Shown here piece after piece: positions 19,341 to 28,655 of a DNA stretch of 64,000 nt (position 1 is its first letter; every line of letters starts with the position of its first letter). The notes beneath the pieces are model-generated. The model saw only the letters and a program-made list of their open reading frames with translations. It did no database searches and was not told the origin of the DNA. The position numbers and the translations under genes were made by a program. Source of the DNA: an uncultured Bacteroidota bacterium (lineage in GTDB: Bacteria > CLD3 > SB21); the NCBI GenBank assembly GCA_964544475.1, contig CAZJBS010000007.1, positions 43,741 through 107,740 on the forward strand, written 5' to 3'.

Positions 19341-20785
19341 GGCGTCACCCCGTGCTTTTCGGATTCGGCGCCCACGACGCGGTTACGGCCTTCGGCCTTT
19401 GCCCGATACAGTCCCGCGTCCGCTTTATGGATGAGTTCGTCGCTCCGCGTCGAATCGTCCGGAAAGGTCGCGACGCCGATGCTGATGGTGAGATGGCCGA
19501 GCGGCTGGGCTTCCTGGTTGAAGAAATGCGTTTCCTCGATTTTTTGGCGCAGTTTTTCGGCAATCATCATGGCCTGGGCCTTTTTCGTTTCCGGCAGTAT
19601 CAGCGCAAATTCTTCACCGCCGTACCGGCATTCCATATCGCAGACCCGTGTGGTCTCGCGCAAAAGGGCTCCGACGGTTTTCAAGACCTCATCACCGGCC
19701 TGGTGGCCATTGGTGTCATTGTACGTCTTGAAGTGATCCACGTCGATCAGGACCAGAGACATGCTCAGGAAATGACGCAAAGAGCGCTGCATTTCCCGGT
19801 CAAGCTCTTCATTGAAGAAACGCCGGTTGTACAATCCGGTCAGGCCGTCCGTGATCGCCTGATGCTTGAAGTTGCGGTAGCTTTCATGCAGATAATTATA
19901 GACGTCGATGTGACCCAGTGTGAGACCCGCGGCATAGGCATACCGTTGGAGCAGGTCCTTGTGCTCCATGACGCGCTTACGGTCGCTCCGCCCAACCATC
20001 AGGATAGCGTTGGTCGTGGTGTGGCCTTTGTAGTTTTCGATCATCTCCTCGACATCGTCGATGCTGACGATGGGTATCAGGAAGATGACTTCCGAATTCA
20101 GGACCTGACGAAGCTGGTGCATGTGCGCGAGGTTTCGGCTGTCCGTCCGAAGGCCGTCGTCATCGTCCACCAGAAAATAACTTTTGCGATGGTCGACCAG
20201 ATCGCAATACGGCCGGTGGTCGATCCGAACGTCCAGTTCGGCGATCGAATCCAGCGAGACATTGGACCATGACATCGGCACGAGTTTGTTCTCCTGGCGG
20301 TCCACCACCCACAGAATGGCGCTGGAGAAATCGAGTTCCTCGCAGAGAGCCGACGTCACTTTTTTCAGAAGTACTTTACGATCGGTGGTGGCAAAGAGAC
20401 TCTGCGTGGCGTTGTTGAGGACGATCAGTCTCTGGGCATAATTGCGTTCCTGCAGCACAACCTGCTTAAGCCATTGGGCCTCCCTCTCCAAAACCATGTT
20501 TTCTTCGACGAACTTCCGGACCGTGTTCTGGGTTTTTTCATACGCGGCATCGCGATCGCGGGAAGTCAGGTAGGTCAGCCATCTCACGAGGAGACGACGC
20601 AGGCGGAGCGAAATCTTCTCCCGCCAGCCGGCGACGATACGCCACAACCCGGACACCGTCATCCCGACCGACAATCGGCGACCGGAATCAGCGGTCTCGG
20701 CGGCCACACATCCATCGTTCAGACTCCATTCGGGACGCATCGACGACGAAATCCAGATGAGGGACGATTCACGCAGCGGGTTCAT
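19337..20785 (-). CDS. Diguanylate cyclase (GAF-like N-terminal region + GGDEF domain)
   Basis: GGDEF active site RYGGEEFALILPE with upstream DGLTGLYNRRFF. The first ~95 aa are Arg/Trp-rich, so the true start may be internal (for example ATG 20497, MVLEREAQW). Confidence 0.8.
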   Translation of the reverse strand: MNPLRESSLIWISSSMRPEWSLNDGCVAAETADSGRRLSVGMTVSGLWRIVAGWREKISLRLRRLLVRWLTYLTSRDRDAAYEKTQNTVRKFVEENMVLEREAQWLKQVVLQERNYAQRLIVLNNATQSLFATTDRKVLLKKVTSALCEELDFSSAILWVVDRQENKLVPMSWSNVSLDSIAELDVRIDHRPYCDLVDHRKSYFLVDDDDGLRTDSRNLAHMHQLRQVLNSEVIFLIPIVSIDDVEEMIENYKGHTTTNAILMVGRSDRKRVMEHKDLLQRYAYAAGLTLGHIDVYNYLHESYRNFKHQAITDGLTGLYNRRFFNEELDREMQRSLRHFLSMSLVLIDVDHFKTYNDTNGHQAGDEVLKTVGALLRETTRVCDMECRYGGEEFALILPETKKAQAMMIAEKLRQKIEETHFFNQEAQPLGHLTISIGVATFPDDSTRSDELIHKADAGLYRAKAEGRNRVVGAESEKHGVTP

Positions 20786-21146
20786 GGCTGTATGGGAAAT
20801 GGTTGTCGGGTGAATACGAAAACCGGGCTTCGGCCGATTCGAGGAGTGCCGCCATTTTTCGACTTGCGCTGAGCCAGAAACGGTTTTTCAGCGGAACGGA
20901 ATTCGCGGTCAGATCTTTGACGGCCAGTTCTTCCAGCGACGCCAGAGACTCGGCGGCGTCTTCCGTCCGTTCGGACCTTCGCAGCATGGTCTTTTCCCAA
21001 TGCGCCAAAGCTGGCGAGGGAGCCTGGATATCCTGGATGAGCACGGATTCGAGTTCTTCCAAATCATACAGGACCGACCCCGGAGCCCCATGGCTCTCTT
21101 TGGGAAGGTCGTACATGATAATAAAGGGTGACTTTGAGGTTTTCAT
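20769..21146 (-). CDS. Small acidic hypothetical protein embedded in the pilus operon
   Basis: The track ORF starts at TTG 21221. An internal ATG at 21146 gives MKTSKSPFIIMYDLPKESHG...; no recognisable domain. Confidence 0.4.
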   Translation of the reverse strand: MKTSKSPFIIMYDLPKESHGAPGSVLYDLEELESVLIQDIQAPSPALAHWEKTMLRRSERTEDAAESLASLEELAVKDLTANSVPLKNRFWLSASRKMAALLESAEARFSYSPDNHFPYSHEPAA

Positions 21147-21156
21147 GGTGAGGCCT

Positions 21157-22152
21157 TTACAGTTGCTTCCAATGACGCCATATGGTGATGTATGGCATTC
21201 CGCTGAGTGCGTACGAACCAAAGAACTTCCTGATGTATGACGCGCGATAGTAGACGTTTATCTTGTTCTCGTTGCCAAGACCCTCCACATTGGCGCCGCC
21301 GAAAATGCCGCCGTATACGGTTTCCTTGTTGTGCAGATCCACGTCCTGCTGCACCACTGAAACCGGACTGGGAAGGTAAAGCACGCCTTCGAGTTTCTGG
21401 CTGTTTTTGAGTGTGACATCGCCCTGAACCACGACGATCCCAAAAATCTGACCGCTGTTCTTGACTTCGAGATTGCCCTCGATGTATACCACATTCGGCG
21501 TATCGCTCGGCGTGCCATTGGGACGCGGATGATAAAAATTGGCATCATTGCCCGTCGGGTACGAGGCCCCGTTGGACACGGAAAGACTGCCTGAAAAATA
21601 ATGACCCTGGGCAATAGCCATCTGTTTGAGACGCTCTGTATCCATTTCAGGAAGTTCCGTGGCGTATTCGCGGGCCAGCATGGGATTTGGATTTCCGGCC
21701 GAGTCACGGACCGTGACATCGTTCAGACTTCCGCTGATGTATATGGCAAAACCCGAGATATCCGTCAGCCGCATTCGAAAGGTTTGCCCGGATGTTGCGC
21801 CGCCGTACGTCCCGATCACTCTCACTTGAAGCGTGTCATGCAGCGCCGGGTATAACGTGCTGTCTTCCGCAATCACCGTGACGCTGCCCGATCCGATGGC
21901 CTGCTGGCTCGCATTCCAATGCCAATTGCCCGACGTCAGGGATTTCCGGATGCCATACTCGAGGCCCGACTGAGCGGCATAAAAGGCCCGGGCACTGGCA
22001 ACGTCCACCGCCAGCGACCGCGCGTTATTGTCCGTGAGCGACACCAATACAAAACCGGCCAATGTAAGGATGGTCACCAGTGATATGGCGGCCACCAGCG
22101 TCGACCCTTTTTCCTGGTGCACAAAGTCAGTATGTCGGTTGTTGTTTTGCAT
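21157..22152 (-). CDS. PilX-like pilus-associated protein (PilX_N-type N-terminal hydrophobic segment)
   Basis: 331 aa with N-terminus MQNNNRHTDFVHQEKGSTLVAAISLVTILTLAGFVLVS, resembling the PilX N-terminal motif (no G/F prepilin cleavage site). The remainder is Gly/Ser/Thr-rich and beta-strand-like. Confidence 0.55.
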   Translation of the reverse strand: MQNNNRHTDFVHQEKGSTLVAAISLVTILTLAGFVLVSLTDNNARSLAVDVASARAFYAAQSGLEYGIRKSLTSGNWHWNASQQAIGSGSVTVIAEDSTLYPALHDTLQVRVIGTYGGATSGQTFRMRLTDISGFAIYISGSLNDVTVRDSAGNPNPMLAREYATELPEMDTERLKQMAIAQGHYFSGSLSVSNGASYPTGNDANFYHPRPNGTPSDTPNVVYIEGNLEVKNSGQIFGIVVVQGDVTLKNSQKLEGVLYLPSPVSVVQQDVDLHNKETVYGGIFGGANVEGLGNENKINVYYRASYIRKFFGSYALSGMPYITIWRHWKQL

Positions 22153-22384
22153 GGTCGTTGTTCCGCGACCAATAGGAGCAATACCCGTACCGAATAGATG
22201 TGTCTGAAAATCAATCAGTTACGAATAGAAGGAGTCCATCTGCTTATGGCGGAAAAGGACTAAATAAGTGAATATTGCCATACAGAGGGAATTTCACGAA
22301 ACGAAGGTCTGGAAAGGGAGTGACAGAGGGCAGAAACGATGAACACGGTCGGTCCGTCGTGATGCTTGCAATCAAAAAGAATGG

Positions 22385-22897
22385 CTATCTCATGTTCCGC
22401 AGTAGCACCGTTCGATCCACCGAATACGCATAGCCCCGGTAGCTCACAGAAAATACATAGCGCACCCTGGCGATCTGGCTCGTCGGCGAGGCACTGGTCC
22501 ATGCCGTGCCATCCCACTTGTAATAGGAGAATACAAAACCCGAGACTCCCGACGCCAGTACATCGTTGTTACGCAAGATTCGTTGGGCGCTGTACTGGAG
22601 ATCGATGGCGGCATCGGCGTTGTTCGTCAGCTTGAATCGAGTGGACGTGGCGATGAGAATGCTGGTTCTGTTCTTCACGCTTTTGGCTTCGCGCTCGAGC
22701 ACATCCGCCGCCCGTTGCGCGTCCTGGACGGCGACGGATGAACGCAAAACATCCGCGTAGATGTCCGTGGAGGTATTGAAAGACAAATACACACCTGTCA
22801 TGATGACCCCGGACAATGTCGCATAGAGCATGAGCTCTATGAGCGTGAATCCCCGTTCATCATCCATGGCATCTTTTTTAGAAAAGTGGCGTTTCAT
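22385..22897 (-). CDS. Type IV minor pilin (prepilin-type N-terminus)
   Basis: N-terminus ...DERG|FTLIELMLYATLSGVIMTGV with Glu at +5 after the putative cleavage Gly. The leader is atypical: either 24 aa, or acidic (MDDERG) if it starts at ATG 22867. Confidence 0.7.
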   Translation of the reverse strand: MKRHFSKKDAMDDERGFTLIELMLYATLSGVIMTGVYLSFNTSTDIYADVLRSSVAVQDAQRAADVLEREAKSVKNRTSILIATSTRFKLTNNADAAIDLQYSAQRILRNNDVLASGVSGFVFSYYKWDGTAWTSASPTSQIARVRYVFSVSYRGYAYSVDRTVLLRNMR

Positions 22898-22901
22898 GGG
22901 A

Positions 22902-23285
22902 TCAACTCTGCGTCAGCCATGTGACGATCTGTACCGCCGAAATCAAATCATGGGACACTCGGACCGTCACCTCGGCATAGGCCACTCCGGAAAATGTCTT
23001 TCCGGCGGTCACAATGGTAGTGGTTCGCGTGTATCCGCCGGCCAGATTCTCCGCGGCATAACGCCCGGGCGTTGTAACCCACGAGTAGCCCCGGCTCGGG
23101 GACATCTTGTCGGCGGTAATGTCCTCCAATTTCTGTTCACATAGCGCCAGAGCCCTGGATTCGATTTCATACGTTGCGCTGTGCAGAAAGGTATAGCTGT
23201 ACAAATCCACCAGGGCGGGCACGGTAATGCCGACAAACAACAGCGTCGTGATGATCTCCAGCGTGGAATAACCTTTTTCATTCAT
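22902..23285 (-). CDS. Type IV minor pilin (PilV-like)
   Basis: An internal ATG at 23285 gives MNEKG|YSTLEIITTLLFVGITV (Gly-1, Glu+5). The track ORF extends to 23360 and overlaps pilC. Confidence 0.65.
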   Translation of the reverse strand: MNEKGYSTLEIITTLLFVGITVPALVDLYSYTFLHSATYEIESRALALCEQKLEDITADKMSPSRGYSWVTTPGRYAAENLAGGYTRTTTIVTAGKTFSGVAYAEVTVRVSHDLISAVQIVTWLTQS

Positions 23286-23301
23286 GATCGTCGCCCCGCT
23301 T

Positions 23302-24513
23302 TTAGTGTTTACCCATGTGGCCCAACATGTCCCACATCGGCATGAATATCGCCAACGCAATGAAGAGTATCGCGCCGCCCAGCAAAACGGTAATCATCGG
23401 CTCGATCAAGGTGGTCAGATTCTTGACCGTGTGATCGACCTCTTCGTCGTAGTATTCGGCAATATTGGTCATCATCGTGTCGAGCGAGCCGGATTTTTCG
23501 CCGATCGCAATCATTTGCACGACGATGGCCGGAAAGATCCGGCTCTTGCGCAATGGCTGGGCCAGACCCTGGCCGTCCTTCACACCATTGAGCGCCCGGT
23601 AAACTTCATCCGTCACGACGCTGTTCCCGATGGTTTGCGCGATGATGGTCAGGGTCTGGATGATCGGCAACCCGCTGCGATTGAGAGTCTCAAACGTTTT
23701 CGAAAACCGCGACAGATACGTCTTGACATTCAACTCACCGAAAACCGGAAGGTGCAGTTTGCGTTCGTCCCACCATCGGCGTCCTCTCGGCGTCCTCATG
23801 AAATAGCGCAGGCCGATCAGCAAGGCCACCGCCGCCGGTATGACGATCATCCAGTACTGCGTGATCGCCGTATTGATCCCGATCAGAATCTGGGTCGGCA
23901 GGGGCAGGTCAACTTTCATTCGTTTGAAAATGTCAACGAATTTGGGCACGACCATGACAATCAGAACGACAAACGCAATCAGGATGCCGAAAAGGACCAT
24001 GATGGGATAACGCGTGGCTTTTTTGATGTTTTGGCGGATTTCCATATCGTGGGACAGAAAAGAAACCAGCCGCAAGAGCACTTCATCCAGTACGCCGCCG
24101 GTTTCACCCACCTTGATCATGCTGACATACAGATCCGAAAAGGCCTCCTTATGGGGTTTCAAGGCGTCGCACAGGGGTTTGCCGCTTTGAATGTCGCCGC
24201 TGACCTTCTTCAGGATGACCCGCATCGATTCCGAGGCCGCCTGCTCCTCCAGCGCCTGGAGACAGCCCAATAAGGGTACGCCCGCCTTGAACAGCGTCGC
24301 AAACTGTTTCGTGAATACGATGACTTCCTTGGGATCGATTTTCTTCTTGGAAAAGGCGCCGGCGAAGAGGCCGGGCCGGACTTCGGAGATTTGAAGTGGA
24401 AGGTAATTCAGACGATCCAGATACTCGGTGACAAATCCGATGTTCGGCGCTTCGATTTTGTCGACGACGACCTGCCCGGTGTGGTTGATGGCGCGGAACT
24501 GAAAATGGGACAT
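23302..24513 (-). CDS. pilC: Type IV pilus inner-membrane platform protein PilC (GspF family)
   Basis: ATG at 24513 is preceded by AAGGAG (ggattaaaggagacgccATG). It contains two GspF-type repeats and three TM segments; its sequence is typical of PilC. Confidence 0.9.
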   Translation of the reverse strand: MSHFQFRAINHTGQVVVDKIEAPNIGFVTEYLDRLNYLPLQISEVRPGLFAGAFSKKKIDPKEVIVFTKQFATLFKAGVPLLGCLQALEEQAASESMRVILKKVSGDIQSGKPLCDALKPHKEAFSDLYVSMIKVGETGGVLDEVLLRLVSFLSHDMEIRQNIKKATRYPIMVLFGILIAFVVLIVMVVPKFVDIFKRMKVDLPLPTQILIGINTAITQYWMIVIPAAVALLIGLRYFMRTPRGRRWWDERKLHLPVFGELNVKTYLSRFSKTFETLNRSGLPIIQTLTIIAQTIGNSVVTDEVYRALNGVKDGQGLAQPLRKSRIFPAIVVQMIAIGEKSGSLDTMMTNIAEYYDEEVDHTVKNLTTLIEPMITVLLGGAILFIALAIFMPMWDMLGHMGKH

Positions 24514-24523
24514 GGCGTCTCCT

Positions 24524-26227
24524 TTAATCCTGGGTGACCCGGACGACTTCTTCAATGGACGTCAGTCCCTGAAGAACCTTCGCCACGCCGTCCTGGCGGA
24601 GGGTGCGCATGCCGTTTTCGATGGCCGCGTCTTTGAGACGGCTGGAAGAAGCGCGGGTCATCGTCAGTTCTTTGATCTCCTCATTGACAATGAGCAGTTC
24701 GTAGATGGCCAGCCGGCCGCGGTAGCCCTTGTCGTGGCAAGCCGGACAGCCCGCCGGTTTATGAAAAGTATACGAACGGCCGTTCTGCAAATTGAGCGAC
24801 TTGACCATCGCGTCATTTGGCGCATAGGGTTGCCGGCATTTTGGGCACAACCTCCTCACCAGTCTCTGAGCCAGTACACCGGAAAGGGCCGAGGCCGTCA
24901 GAAACGGCTCGATGCCCATGTCGGTCAGCCGGTTGATGGCGCTCGGGGCATCGTTGGTGTGGAGCGTTGAAAAAACCAAATGGCCGGTTAAAGCCGACTC
25001 CACGGCGATGTGCGCCGTTTCCTGGTCCCGGATTTCACCCACCATGATCACATCGGGATCCTGCCGCAGGATGGACCTCAGACCTGTCGCAAATGACAGC
25101 CCGATTTTGGCATTGATCTGGCATTGGCGGATCGTGTCCAGCCGGTATTCAATGGGATCTTCAACGGTGATAATGTTCTTGTCGATGGAGTTGATCGAAC
25201 TCAACGCCGAGTAGAGCGTCGTGGTTTTTCCGCTGCCGGTCGGGCCCGTGACCAGAATGATGCCGTTGGGACGGCGGATCAGTTGTTCAAAAAACACAAA
25301 CGTGTTCCTGTCAAATCCGAGTTCCTGAAGACTGACGGTCACAGAGCCTTTATCCAGAATCCTCAGCACAATATTCTCCCCATTGATCGTCGGAAACGAA
25401 GAAATACGGAAATCGATCGTTCGCGAACCGATGCGGGTTTGAAACCGGCCATCCTGGGGCAGCCGTTTTTCGGCAATGTCCAGTCCGGACATGATCTTGA
25501 ACCTTGAAATCAGCGCCGACTGCAGATGCTTGTCCAGAACGAATGATTCCTTCATGAGGCCGTCCACACGGAACCTCACCAGCAGGTTCCTTTCTTCCGG
25601 CTCAATATGAATATCACTGGCCCCTTCGCGGACTGCCGCTGCCACGATCACGTTGGACAACCGGATGATCGGGGTGTCCTTCGCCGCTTCTTCCAACTGT
25701 TCCCGGCTTTCCGTCACTTCCTCGACCGTGATCATTTCGACGTCCGCCTGGTAATCCAACACCGCGTCGCGAACTTCGTCCTGATAGGCTTGTGAGGAAT
25801 TCTTGAAAATCCGGCTCAGCGTGTCCTGCAAATCCTGTTCGGAACACAGCATGGGTGAAATGGTCAAACCGGTCAATGACTGAAGTTCGTCAATCACCGC
25901 CAGGTTGCGCGGATCGACCATCGCCACGGTCAATTCGTCTCCAATTTTGAATAACGGAAGCAACTGTTTGGATCGCAGGACGTTTTCGGGCACGAGTTGG
26001 ACCACATCCATGTCGATTTCGAAGGTCGTCAAATCGACCGTCGGCAAATCCAGATGATCCGACAGAATCTGGAGCAGGTCTTCATCTTTTACGAGGCGCT
26101 TTTCCGAAATGATCTTCCCGAGTTTCTTGCCGTTCTTCAGCTGGTGGCTTAGAATTTCCGACAGTTGGCTTTCCGTCACCAGGTTGTTGCTGACCAGCAA
26201 TTGGCCCAATTTGGGATGGACGGGCAC
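24524..26227 (-). CDS. pilB: Type IV pilus assembly ATPase PilB (GspE family)
   Basis: 567 aa with a GspII_E N-terminal domain, Walker A GPTGSGKTTT, and a tetracysteine motif CPKC...CPAC. Confidence 0.9.
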   Translation of the reverse strand: MPVHPKLGQLLVSNNLVTESQLSEILSHQLKNGKKLGKIISEKRLVKDEDLLQILSDHLDLPTVDLTTFEIDMDVVQLVPENVLRSKQLLPLFKIGDELTVAMVDPRNLAVIDELQSLTGLTISPMLCSEQDLQDTLSRIFKNSSQAYQDEVRDAVLDYQADVEMITVEEVTESREQLEEAAKDTPIIRLSNVIVAAAVREGASDIHIEPEERNLLVRFRVDGLMKESFVLDKHLQSALISRFKIMSGLDIAEKRLPQDGRFQTRIGSRTIDFRISSFPTINGENIVLRILDKGSVTVSLQELGFDRNTFVFFEQLIRRPNGIILVTGPTGSGKTTTLYSALSSINSIDKNIITVEDPIEYRLDTIRQCQINAKIGLSFATGLRSILRQDPDVIMVGEIRDQETAHIAVESALTGHLVFSTLHTNDAPSAINRLTDMGIEPFLTASALSGVLAQRLVRRLCPKCRQPYAPNDAMVKSLNLQNGRSYTFHKPAGCPACHDKGYRGRLAIYELLIVNEEIKELTMTRASSSRLKDAAIENGMRTLRQDGVAKVLQGLTSIEEVVRVTQD

Positions 26228-26238
26228 GGGCGGTCGTC

Positions 26239-26667
26239 CTAAACGACCTGCGCCATCGGCGGATACATGCTGGCGACAGGCCGGCCCGCAGGGCGTTTCC
26301 CGGCGATCAGGCTGCCGATCTTGTCCAGGAGTTCCGGCGGATCGTAGGGTTTGTGCATATACGCATCGGCCCCCATTTCCATTCCGGTATGCCGGTCGAT
26401 GTCACGGGCCCGCGAGGTAAGCATGATGATGGGAATGTGGCGGCGCTTTTCGTCCGACTTCAGGAGCCGGCATATTTTGAAACCGTCCATTTTGGGCAAC
26501 AAGACGTCCAGCAGAATGAGGTCCGGACTTTCTGTGCGCGCCTTGAAAAGCCCGTCCAGGCCGTCCGCGCTGGACAGAACCTCATAACCCTCGGACTGCA
26601 AACGCATGGTCAGTACGCGCACGAGATTGGGATAATCATCCACAATCAGTATTCTGGGAATCGGCAT
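26239..26667 (-). CDS. Single-domain response regulator (CheY-like)
   Basis: Begins MPIPRILIVDDYPNLVRVL. Contains LILLDVLLPKMDG and HKPY. It overlaps the upstream kinase by 32 nt. Confidence 0.8.
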   Translation of the reverse strand: MPIPRILIVDDYPNLVRVLTMRLQSEGYEVLSSADGLDGLFKARTESPDLILLDVLLPKMDGFKICRLLKSDEKRRHIPIIMLTSRARDIDRHTGMEMGADAYMHKPYDPPELLDKIGSLIAGKRPAGRPVASMYPPMAQVV

Positions 26668-27868
26668 GATGACGCACCTTTCGTCGTTTTGGAAGAAAAA
26701 TTGTAAATGTACTGCCCCGGCCGTACTCGGATCTCACTTTGATCCGTCCATGATGAAGTCGCACCATTTCCTTCACGATGCTCAAACCCAGGCCGCTGCC
26801 TTTGTCCCGATTGTGGACATGTTCGGCATGATCCAGTTGGGAAAAACGCTTGAACAACTTCCGGATGTCCGATTTCAACATGCCAAAGCCCTCGTCCCGG
26901 ACGGACAATTCGAGGCCGCCGTGTTGCGGCGTGGCCGTGATTTCGATCGTCGTGGATGGCGGCGAATATTTGATGGCATTGTCAAGCAGATTGAACAGCA
27001 TTTGTTTTACGCGATCGGCATCGGCATACAGGTTGTCAATCGCCATCGGAATATTTTCACACAGCGTTATGCGCTTGTTTTTCGCTTTTCTCTCAACCGA
27101 CGTCATTGCCGACCGCACAAGCAGGTGGACGTCGATCCGGGTACGATGCAGACGCGTCTGGCCGGCATCCAGCCGGTTGATTTCCAGCAGATCGCCCACC
27201 AGGCGCGACAGACGATTCGTTTCGTCAAAGGCCACCTGGAGACATTGGCGTTGGGTCGGATTGATGGCGCCGATTCTCTCTTCCAGCATCAGGGACAGGC
27301 TCTCTTTGACCGGCGCCAGCGGATTGAATAATTCATGCGTGACCACGGACAGGAACTCGGATCGTTCACGGGCTTCCGTCCACGACGCGCTGACGTCGCG
27401 AATCAGGAACACGTGACCGATCCGCGTACCGTCCGGATGGCGGATGGCTTTGACGGTGATGTCATAGACAAAGAACGGCCGGCCGGAAACAACCTGATCA
27501 CGAAGTACCGACGGGTGGCGTTGCCGGGCTTTGAGAAGAAGTGGTTCCAGATTGAGCCGGGCGCCGGAAGCGAGTTGCCGCACGGTCGTGATTTCCGGAC
27601 GCGCGTCATCTTCGATCCGAAGCAGTCTGACGGCCCTGGGATTGATGATTCGAACCCGGTCAAGAAGATCGACCAGGACAATACCGGTATCCAGGTGATC
27701 GATGACGGCTGTCGTTTCGGTATGGCATTGACGAATGAGCAGATCATCCATCCGGCTTTCGATCGGAAACCTCCCGTCGGCCGAGGCGTTCGCGGTCAGG
27801 GACTCCGTGCCATGGTTATTCTTGACCGTGACGGGGTTGGGAATCAGTCGTAGTGCGCCGGTCATCAT
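26636..27868 (-). CDS. PAS sensor histidine kinase (HisKA + HATPase_c)
   Basis: H-box FLSVVTHELFNPL. HATPase N-box reads NLLDNAIKYS. G-box motifs are DEGFGM and GSGLGLSIV. Its start lies 10 nt downstream of the pilD stop. Confidence 0.8.
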   Translation of the reverse strand: MMTGALRLIPNPVTVKNNHGTESLTANASADGRFPIESRMDDLLIRQCHTETTAVIDHLDTGIVLVDLLDRVRIINPRAVRLLRIEDDARPEITTVRQLASGARLNLEPLLLKARQRHPSVLRDQVVSGRPFFVYDITVKAIRHPDGTRIGHVFLIRDVSASWTEARERSEFLSVVTHELFNPLAPVKESLSLMLEERIGAINPTQRQCLQVAFDETNRLSRLVGDLLEINRLDAGQTRLHRTRIDVHLLVRSAMTSVERKAKNKRITLCENIPMAIDNLYADADRVKQMLFNLLDNAIKYSPPSTTIEITATPQHGGLELSVRDEGFGMLKSDIRKLFKRFSQLDHAEHVHNRDKGSGLGLSIVKEMVRLHHGRIKVRSEYGRGSTFTIFLPKRRKVRHHADSQNTDCG

Positions 27869-27878
27869 GATCTCCCGG

Positions 27879-28655
27879 TTATCTGTTTACCACGTTGTCC
27901 AAATACCATTGGATAAGGTCCGCTCCAAAGAGAAGACTTCCCATCATGGCCATCGCAAAAAAAGGCGCCATTGGAATTTCCGCCCGGCGATCCAATTTCC
28001 TGAACAGAACGCCGATCCATCCCGCCACCGAAATGAAGAGAAACGTCAGAAACAGGACCATCGCCAGAAGTTTCCAGCCCAGGAAGAGGCCCAGTAAGGC
28101 TGTGAGTTTGATGTCGCCGCCGCCCATGGCGTCTCTCTTATACACGCGACGGCCGACCAATGCGATCCCGGTCATGATGGCGCCCCCCATGACCATACCG
28201 GCCATACCGGCCACCAGAGATGAAACGCCTTCGAGTATCAGGAATCCCACGCCGATCGGCAGGCTGATCAAAAGAAGCCGGTTCGGGATGATATGGCTCC
28301 TGTAATCGATTTCTGACAGGACGATCATCAATAAGGTCAGATAAGCCGATTTGAAAAACAGGATCGTCCACCCAAACTGGCTGTGCAGGAAAACCAGGCA
28401 TAGCGCCGTTGCCAACTCGACCGCCGGATAACGGATAGAAATTTTCTGGCGGCAGGACCCGCAGCGGCCGCCCAGGATCGCGTATCCCCACAATGGGATA
28501 TTGTGGTACCACCGGATCGGTGAACCACAATGCGGGCAATGGGAAGCCGGAAACCACAGCGATTGTCTGAGCGGAATGCGATGAATCACGACGTTCAGAA
28601 AACTGCCCAATAGCAGTCCGGCCGCGGCAATGAGCAAGTCAGGCGACAGACTCAT
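27879..28655 (-). CDS. pilD: Prepilin peptidase PilD (A24 family)
   Basis: Polytopic protein with the zinc-binding CPHCGSPI...CGSCRQ pair. Catalytic Asp contexts are present, including GGGDIKL. Confidence 0.9.
   Translation of the reverse strand: MSLSPDLLIAAAGLLLGSFLNVVIHRIPLRQSLWFPASHCPHCGSPIRWYHNIPLWGYAILGGRCGSCRQKISIRYPAVELATALCLVFLHSQFGWTILFFKSAYLTLLMIVLSEIDYRSHIIPNRLLLISLPIGVGFLILEGVSSLVAGMAGMVMGGAIMTGIALVGRRVYKRDAMGGGDIKLTALLGLFLGWKLLAMVLFLTFLFISVAGWIGVLFRKLDRRAEIPMAPFFAMAMMGSLLFGADLIQWYLDNVVNR

Noticed and set aside
22153-22384. Searched the 232-nt gap upstream of the PilX-like gene for a sigma54 GG-N10-GC element
   Set aside because: There is only a TGGCAA...ACTT arrangement with no TTGC at the right spacing. 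No promoter call was made.
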